Made by a program: the position numbers and the translations under genes
Notes under the pieces: model-generated
The model's database searches: none
Seen by the model: only the letters and a program-made list of their open reading frames with translations
Told to the model about the DNA's origin: nothing
In this document: positions 55,515 through 64,000 of the stretch, in pieces
Layout of the letters: the number at the start of each line of letters is the position of its first letter
Position numbering within the stretch: the stretch's first letter is position 1
Assembly (NCBI GenBank): GCA_951406725.2
Contig: OX597828.1
Coordinates: forward strand, 15,872,001-15,936,000
Source: Octopus vulgaris
Lineage: Eukaryota
Reading direction: 5' to 3'
DNA length: 64,000 bases

Positions 55515-55792
55515 CGAAGGCATGTAGCTTAGTGGTTAGGGTAATCGGCTCACGGTCGTAAGGTCGTGAGTTCGATTCCCACCAGCGCGTTGTGTCCTTG
55601 AGCAAGGCACTTTTATTTCACATTGCTCCAGTCCACTCAGCTGGCAAAAATGAGTTGTACCTGTATTTCAAAGGGCCAGCCTTGTCACATTCTGTGTCAC
55701 ACTGAATCTCCCTGAGAACTACGTTGAGCGTAGGCGTGTTTGTGGAGTGCTCAGTCACTTTCAAGTTAATTTCACGAGCAGGCTGTTCCGCC
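55515..55792 (+). mobile_element. tRNA-derived SINE family D
   Basis: TAGCTTAGTGGTTAGG...GAGTTCGATTCCC head and GTCCTTGAGCAAG core. Confidence 0.75.
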
Positions 55793-56027
55793 AATTCTAC
55801 ACATATAAGGAAGTGTTGAAAAGTTCTTGGCTTTGAGAGTATAGCGAAAGGTCTGGTTGGAAGTGCAACCTTTCAAGTTCTTTTACAAGGCTTAGGGAAA
55901 AATGAAGGACTGCTGCAAATGAGTGTGTGAATCTGAGATGGGAGTATGTTAAATAAAATCATAATTAACCAATCCTCCTGTGTTTTCTTTTAACCAAAGC
56001 CAGAAACTTTTCATCACCCCCTTGAAC

Positions 56028-56093
<66 letters not shown>

Positions 56094-56183
56094 AGGATAA
56101 GATCGTTAATTTAAATTAAATAACGATCTTATCAAGTGGCCAGAATGGAAATAAAAACCTTCAAAGGTAATAATTATTATTAA

Positions 56184-56458
56184 AATTATAACTTAGGGTA
56201 TCTACCAGATACCGCCATGCTGAAAATAGCAGCCATGATCTGACTCTAAAACCACCTAAAGTGTTCATATAGCACAAGGAGAGAAGACAAAAAGACAAAA
56301 GAAAACTAGTAAAATTACTAGTATCCAGTAATCTTTTACTAGTTTATTTTGTCTTTTTGTCTCCTTGTGCTATATGAACACTTTAGGTGGTTTTAGAGTC
56401 AGATCATGGCTGCTATTTTCAGCATGGCAGTATCTCGTAGATACCTTAAGTTATAATT
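56184..56458. repeat. ~130-bp-arm near-perfect palindrome between (TA)n tracts
   Basis: GCCATGCTGAAAATAGCAGCCATGATCTGACTCTAAAACCACCTAAAGTGTTCATATAGCACAAGGAGA and its reverse complement. Confidence 0.9.
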
Positions 56459-57269
56459 ATATATATATATATATATATATCAAAGGCGTAGAAATGGCGT
56501 ACACTGAATGAATAATTGTCGCCGACTTTTCCTTCTTTCTCTTTGAAATTTCCTCTTTCCGACGAAGAGCTAAGCTCGAAACTTTAACAACTCTTTCCTT
56601 TCACCGAGTGTCAAATTAATTAATATATTGTTTGTGCACGTCTTCAAGTTTGTTTTACTTTATTTACCTCTGCTTTTTTAATTGTTATTCTTTGAATTGA
56701 CTAGATACATACATACATACTTATATACATACATACATACATACATATATATATGTACATGCTGACAAGGAAAGTGAGAGTAGAGAGGCAAGTTTTGTCT
56801 AGCGAATGTTTAAAAAAAGGATGGATGAATGTAGCAAGGATGGCACGTATGAATGACGAAGCCACCTTGAGCATAATTCTATGAACCCGGAAAATTTAAA
56901 ACAGAGGGTTACCTTCTTGCAAACAAATGTGGTAACATGTAACAGCATTGACCGAGGTTACCGCGGTCTTTTCCGTAGGCTTTTCTTCCCACGGATAAAC
57001 CTTATCTGCTTCCCCCTTTACACGTTACACCATGACACTGTGATACATGATCCCTATTGATCGTTTTCTTTCCCTTTTTTTCCTTTTTTTTCTTCTTTCC
57101 CTTTTACGATCCCTTTTGATCGAAAACCTAACCCACCTTTTTTTTTCTCTCCCCCAAAAAGAAAAGCTCTATTTTGTAATCTGTCCCGTCTGTGTGCAGC
57201 CCTGTGTGGCTAATAAAGAAACACACACACATACACACACATATATATATATAAATATATATATATGCA

Positions 57270-57890
57270 TATATGGGTACAGGACGTCACAAAACGTAAA
57301 TAATATGAAATACGAAGAGAAACATTTTTTTGTAAACATCGAGAGAAACAAATGGAAAACAAGACAAGTAACATAAAGAACGACCCTTCATCAGTTGTCG
57401 TCTGTTTATCTAGTCCATATTTAGAGCAATTCCCGATAATATGTGTCTTCGAGAAAGCAGTTTCTCTCGCAAACCAAGAAAATTTAGGATTTTGCGGAGG
57501 GTCAAAGTTGGTAACAAAAACAGGATAGTGAAACAAATATTGAGTGCTGCTAAGCCAGACGGGTTAAGGTGCCGAACGCCGAGGAACATTCTTTGAGAGG
57601 AGAAAAGATAGGAGAGGAGACAGACAAGAATGTGTCTTGTCTGTGCAACAGACTGGAAGAAAAGAAAGATGAACACGTGAGGAAAAATGAACGATGGTTA
57701 CGTGTGTGCAACGAGGGAGTAAAGGAGGAAGAGGGAGAGAGAGAGAGAGGGGGACAAAAAACGGTGAAGGGGAGAAAAAAGAATTAGAAGAAGGACGAGA
57801 GGGAAAAAACGAAAGAAATAAGAGGAGAGAAAAGAATTAGAGAAGGAAAGAGGAACGCCACGCATCCATTTCCAAGTAAGGTTATCTTAA
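57270..57890 (-). mobile_element. TA-anchored repeat element related to 1788-1915 (pLTR-like)
   Basis: Both share GGGTACAGGAC...TAACATAAAGAAC..CCCTTCRTCAGTTGTC. Confidence 0.45.
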
Positions 57891-57978
57891 TAATTTTGAT
57901 GCGACTCTCTTCTGTTCTCTCTTTCTCTCTCTCTCTCCCCTTTCGTTTTTTCTCTCTTCGTTTCTCTAATTCTTGTAC

Positions 57979-58072
<94 letters not shown>

Positions 58073-58175
58073 ATAGAAATGGTAAGACAACAAAAGAATG
58101 AAAAGAGACCTCGATATTATGTAAATAGAGGAATTTATCTGTAAATGTAATATGTGATAAGTAATCGGTAGCCAT

Positions 58176-58236
58176 GATAAAACTCCGAGTTTCGGATGCC
58201 GAGGTGGAAATCCACGCCGCCATCTCTTCAGTTATC
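58176..58236 (-). ncRNA. Type I hammerhead ribozyme motif with a canonical core
   Basis: GATAA-CTGAAGA-GATG..GTGGA(TT)TCCAC..CATC-C-GAAA-CT(CGG)AG-TT-TTATC, with a 5-bp stem I, a 3-bp stem III and a GUU site. Confidence 0.65.
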
Positions 58237-59477
58237 CGGCCATCGGAAAAAAACATACATATACACGAGGGCTTGCCAAAAAATTCCTGGTTTTAAGGGT
58301 GTCGCGAAAGGCTTGGCTGGAGGCCCAACTTTCGTAGTTCTTTTACAGGGCTTAGAAAAACTGAAGGACTGCTGCAATACGTGTGTATGTGGATCTTAGA
58401 GGGGAATATGTCGAATAAAATAATAATTAACTGATCCGCCTGTATTTTCTTTTACCCAAAGCCAAGGTATTTCTAGCACGCACTCAAATAGACACAAGGG
58501 TAACTCTGGAGAGGGAAGTGTTAACAGGTTCCCTGAAAAAGCCATCATCGTGGGAATGGGGTACATGTAAAGGTGGAAATAGGGTAAATGGAGAAAATCG
58601 TGGTGGCTGCGGTTAAGGGGATGGCTTAGATGACGATCATATAATTAGGAGTAATTGTTTTATGATGTTGTTTAATAACGATAGTGAAGATGAAGGCGAC
58701 GGTGGTGATAATAGCTGAGATAATATGGCGGTGTTTGACGGGGTGGTCGTGACAGCGATGGATGGGGTAGTGGCGGAAAAGAGGAGGTAGAAGGTGAAGG
58801 TGGCGGTGGATTGCGTGTGTGTGTTTGAGTGTGAACGCGAGCATGTGTGTGTGTGTGTGTGTGTGTGTGTTTTGTATGTCTGTGCGAATGTACACGCGTG
58901 TGTGTACGTACTTCTGCGTGTGCTTCGATGTGTGTATGTATGTGTGTGTGTGTGTGACTCAGAGTGCGTCAGTATGCGTGTCTCAATAAGTGTGTGTGTG
59001 TGTGTGTATACATGTATGTCGGTGTGATTGGGCTTGCGCGTGTCTCTGTATGTTTATCGATGTGTGTATGTGTCTACTCACGAGCATGCGCGTGTCTATA
59101 TGCGTGTGTCTATATGCGTGTGTCTATGCTTGAGCATATAGGCAGCCCAGCGCGCGTGTGCGTGTGTGTGTGTGTCACGTGTGCTCGTGTGTCTGTATGT
59201 GTAAGTGTGCGTGTATGTGCGCTCGCGTGTCTGTGCATGCGCTTGTCCCTCTATGTGTGTGTCAATGTATGTGTGTGGTGTGTGTGTATGTGCGTGTTAT
59301 TAGCTCGTTATATTCCCATAAGTCTAGCAGAATGAATGTATTATTAATAAAGTTGATGCGATCTGAAAGATGGAAACATTTGGTGAAAGGAAGACGAAAA
59401 AGTGATGAGAGATTGGCAAGGATGGAGGAGGAGAGTAAATGAAGATAAGTGAGGTGGACGAAGAAGGAAAAGGAGAT

Positions 59478-59480
59478 AAC

Positions 59481-59516
<36 letters not shown>

Positions 59517-59529
59517 CACCACCACCACC

Positions 59530-59591
<62 letters not shown>

Positions 59592-59631
59592 CACCACCAC
59601 CAACACCACCACTACCACCACCACCACCACC

Positions 59632-59681
<50 letters not shown>

Positions 59682-59709
59682 CACCACCACCACCACCACC
59701 ACCACCACC

Positions 59710-59784
<75 letters not shown>

Positions 59785-59815
59785 GCTACTGCTGCTGCTG
59801 TTGCTGCTGCTGTCG
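59478..59815. repeat. Mosaic (TAC)n/(CAC)n/(TGC)n trinucleotide tract
   Basis: Visible directly in the sequence. Confidence 0.95.
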
Positions 59816-60058
59816 CTATAATATTAATATAATTCTTTCTAATTTTGGCGCAAAACAGCAATTTCAGAGAAGGTGGAGTTAGTTGATTACATCGACCCCC
59901 TAATGCTTCACTTTTACTTATTTTTATCGACCTCGAAGGGATGAAAGGTAAAGTCGACCACGGTAGCTTTGAACTCAGAAACGTAAAAGCCAGAAGAACT
60001 GCCGCAAAACATTTTGTTTGCCGCGCTAAAAATTCTTCTAGCTCACCGCCTTTTAATG

Positions 60059-60118
<60 letters not shown>

Positions 60119-60121
<3 letters not shown>

Positions 60122-60652
60122 GCCCTGATGCAGTACCAGGCAGTGGCTCTCATGGCTTCTGATCTTAACTGATTGGAAGTGTTATCATGTATATTGTTTT
60201 GTCTTGGTATAAAAGATGGGCTACAGCAAACATTCTGCTCAATACCACAGATTTGCTTGTCAGTTGTTTGACCTTAACAAGTTGAGCATGTCCCTTAGTG
60301 ATCACGAGCAGAAGTAGTGGGGGAGCATCATAGCCATGTGTTGAGAAGGATTCTTTGGGGTTTGAATAATTCACCTCTGGAAACATGGGTGTTTCGTTCA
60401 ACGTCCTTAAACAACCCTTATTCAGGGACCTTTTGAGCGGGATGGGTTACTCGATCTGAAGAAAATTCTAACTGGGCTCCACCTGCAAGGTCATGTGCTG
60501 TTTATCTTGATATGAGATCACCATGTCGCGCACATATGGTTGTGATGCATGTGCCTGGTGTACCCTTATCAGACGGGTAGTCATGATGGGTATACTGGGC
60601 TTCGTATATTTTACCCCAGTATCACTTTGATGGCATGCTCTGCTCGCTCACT
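60119..60652 (+). mobile_element. ~530-bp element inserted within an (AAT)n tract (possibly R4/Dong-like site-specific retroelement derivative)
   Basis: Complex sequence flanked on both sides by pure (AAT)n. The family assignment is inferred from the target alone. Confidence 0.4.
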
Positions 60653-61587
60653 CAATAATAATAATAATAATAATAATAATAATTCTTTCGATTGTAAGTA
60701 AAAGGCCTGAAATTTTATGGGAAGGGGATAGTCGATTACATCGATTCCAGTACGAAACTAGTGCTTTATTTTATCGATCCTGAAGGGATGAAAGGCAAAG
60801 TCAACATCGGCAGAATTTGAACTCAAAACCTGAAGAGCCAGCAGAAATGACGTTAAGCAATTTGTCCGACCCGATACCGATTCTGCCAGTTCGCCGACCT
60901 TACAAATTGTTCGAAATATAGGCACGGGAGGTGAAATTTAGTGGGAAGGATTTAAGAGATTGTATTCTTTGACGCTGTTAATTCCAGGATCATCGAAGTG
61001 CTAAGAGCTCTTTGTTGACCTTTGCAATGGTTGGGAAGCTCGTTTTGATCAGGATATGAATGTTGTTTCATCGGACATCCTCTTCTCCTGGCATGAGACC
61101 AGCGACATATTAGAAAAGGATTCCCCTTCACTAGAGAAGGGTTCCTATTCACCTGTGAGTGTCCCTTTCTACCACTTAAAACCTTTTCCAATTGATTTTT
61201 TTGAAGGAGTGGAGAGTCTTTATTCTTTATTTTTTTTAAAAGTTGACCGCTTCCTTTGGACTCTGATCCGAATTCTCACAAGTAGGTTTAGTAGTACTGC
61301 TGTGAGGAGGGGCTTCCTGGGCGATTCAGTTCCTTCTGTTTAGTGGTACTGCAGTTCTGGTATAGGCTTGTGGTCTTCTGGATTCATAAGGACTTGTATG
61401 TCCCTGGCGACCCTTCCGATCACACACTACTGAAAATTACGATATCATTGACCCCTGCTCTTATTATTTCAAGAATGTGACTACAAGCGATTCAGTTCCT
61501 TCTGTTGATGATGCCATCTTGAATGACCCTCATTTTCTGCTCTGGTTGAAGCTAGAAGAGAGAATTCTATGGGTCTTTCTTTTATAT

Positions 61588-62320
61588 CAGTGGTTCTCAA
61601 CCATTTTTTTAACCTCTGGACACCTTTGATTACTATTTTATTTTGGTGGGTCCCCATAGCCATTCCATGTTTAAAAACTAGTTTTTTTGATACATCTTTG
61701 AAAATTCCTATTTTGCTTTGTGTACATTATTAACTTGTTTAAGCTGAACTACATGATGGAAGCACTCCGTCGGTTACGACGATGAGGGTTCCGGTTGATC
61801 CGAATCAACGGAACAGCCTGCTCGTGAAATTAACGTGTAAGTGGCTGAGCACTCCACAGATACGTGCACCCTTAACGTAGTTCTCGGGGATATTCAGCGT
61901 GACACAGAGAGGGACAAGGCCGGCCCCTTGAAATACAGGTACAACAGAAACAGGAAGTAAGAGTGAGAGAAAGTTGTGGTGAAAGAGTACAGCAGGGATC
62001 ACCACCATCCCCTGCCGGAGCTGCGTGGAGCTTTAGGTGTTTTCGCTCAATAAACACTCACAACGCCCGGTCTGGGAATCGAAACCGCGATCCTATGACC
62101 GCGAGTCCGCTGCCCTAACCACTGGGCCATTGCGCCTCCACTTGAACTACATAAAATGTCGGAGAAAGAAACCTAGCTGTTTCTCGCAATAAATACATCC
62201 CAAAGTAACATATTTTCAGGGACTCTTAGTATACTACTGGGGGGGGGCCCAATTAACTATTTTGCTTGCGTGGACCTCCCACCCCACAAATCTTACATGG
62301 ATTCCGGGTGAGAACCGCTG
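61588..62320. mobile_element. hAT (Charlie-like) non-autonomous element containing a nested family C SINE (61755-62142, -)
   Basis: TIRs CAGTGGTTCTCA / TGAGAACCGCTG, with imperfect 8-bp flanks TTTTATAT / GTTTAGAT. The SINE TSD TGAACTACAT is at 61745 and 62143. Confidence 0.8.
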
Positions 62321-63290
62321 GTTTAGATGTTGGCTATGAGGGTTGTGTGATCATTTGACAACTTAGTTGTGCTGGTTCTATCTTCGGAAAGTAAACCTCC
62401 ATGGTTTGTTGTTGTTCTTTTACGCTTTCTGGCCAAAACTCAAATAAATAACTATACAGCCAGGTCTGTTGCATCCGAGGCCTCCTGCCCGGGGTACTGA
62501 GTTGTGAGGCCTTCCTCTCAGCGCGCTTCACGGTGCACAGTTCTGGTATAGGCTTGTGGTCTTCTGGATTCATAAGGATTTGTATGTCCCCGACGACCCG
62601 CCCGATCATACATTACTGAAAATTACGATATCATTGACCCCTGCTCTTATTATTTCAAGAATGCGACTACAAGCTAGGGTTCGAGCCCGTCACCAATGTT
62701 CTTCATGGAGTCAAATGTTTTTCCTTAAATATTAGAGACCAGTTTATGGTGAGGTACAATATCTTTATCTTTATCTTTATCTAGTTTCAGCTCACAAGCT
62801 GTGGCCATGCTGGGGCACCGCCATTATGCATAATTTAGTCTTGGAATTTAACCCCATTCTCTTTTTAAAAATGACACATACGGTGCCATAAGCCATCAGC
62901 ATTCCCAATGACAGATTCTACTTAATATGTCTACCAAGGATGTAAATCCTCATTGAACGGAAGAACGGTCTTCGTGGTCTTGGCAAGGCACTGGCTTAAA
63001 TTATTCTCTTCCTCTCGCACGACTTTTTAATAGACCGTTGTAGGCTGGTGCCCGTCTTATGAACAAAATGTTGCAATGCTTTAGTTCTTTCAGCGAACTG
63101 TGTCACATCTAGGATTTTCTTGTTTAAAAGTACATTTCCGAATGATGATACTTGGTTACTGTTGGATACATTTTTATTTGACAAAGCAGTGTATGTATCT
63201 TTTTGTTTTTGTTGCCAACCGTGTTGTCTTTTATGCCATGTCTCTTTTGCAAATTTCTCAATTTTCTGCCATTTGTTTGTATGTTTATTA

Positions 63291-63430
<140 letters not shown>

Positions 63431-63788
63431 TTGGTTAATAGCTGTTTCGCTTTTTTCAATGTAATTTCTTTAGGTGGTGGTTCCGATACAACAATTCATT
63501 TTTAACTTGAAGTTAGACGTTAAGATAAAATGACAATATTATATAAAAAAAAAACAAAACCAAAAAAAACTTTCACCTTATTGTTTAGCCTCGGTACGGG
63601 GAAGACATTCCAAAAAATGTTCTATAATTGGCTTTGTTTGAAATAATATCTAAAGCGAAAATTAATTCATTTACTTAAACTTGAAAAGCTTTGAGAATTA
63701 TTAAAGCAAAATTTTTTAAAACACGTCTGAACGAAACCAATAGCAAAATAATAATGACGTTGAAAACGATTTTATGAAGATGCTGGTA

Positions 63789-63835
<47 letters not shown>

Positions 63836-64000
63836 AATTATGACAAGACGAATGATGACGAAAAAAATGGCGAAGAAGAAGAAAATGAAATGAAAAAAAA
63901 AGGCAAACGAAAATACGAAAATGGAAAAAAAAAGAAGAAAAATAGGAAGGTAAAATATGGAAAATGAAGAATGAGAAAATAAAGAGATAAAAAGAAGCAG

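Noticed and set aside
59262-59882. Poly-Thr / poly-His-Tyr / poly-Val ORFs (mucin-like)
   Set aside because: Pure trinucleotide tract that is stop-free in several frames and adjacent to a SINE. No splice evidence.

Overview
Eukaryotic, AT-rich, microsatellite-saturated genomic DNA. The tRNA-derived SINE families and the repeat landscape suggest an octopod cephalopod (inference). The only intact protein-coding sequence I can support is the last two coding exons of an SFMBT (Scm-like with four MBT domains) Polycomb-group gene on + (2207-2368 and 5434-5571, SAM domain). A heavily decayed alpha-tubulin pseudogene lies on - at about 46.8-48.3 kb. The rest is mostly transposable-element debris: several SINE families, CR1- and RTE-type LINE ends, a mariner remnant and MITEs, hAT and piggyBac-like MITEs, a Helitron PIF1 helicase fragment and GIY-YIG remnants. 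The most striking unexplained signal is a set of about 12 hammerhead-ribozyme-like motifs (CUGANGA...GAAA...NUH, often with a palindromic minimal stem III). They belong to several unrelated short elements at the edges of (TA)n microsatellites, some as inverted pairs, and look like Penelope-like-element pLTR derivatives. Almost all ORFs in the supplied track are microsatellite or SINE artefacts. Alignments and folds were read by eye, and many repeat boundaries are approximate.
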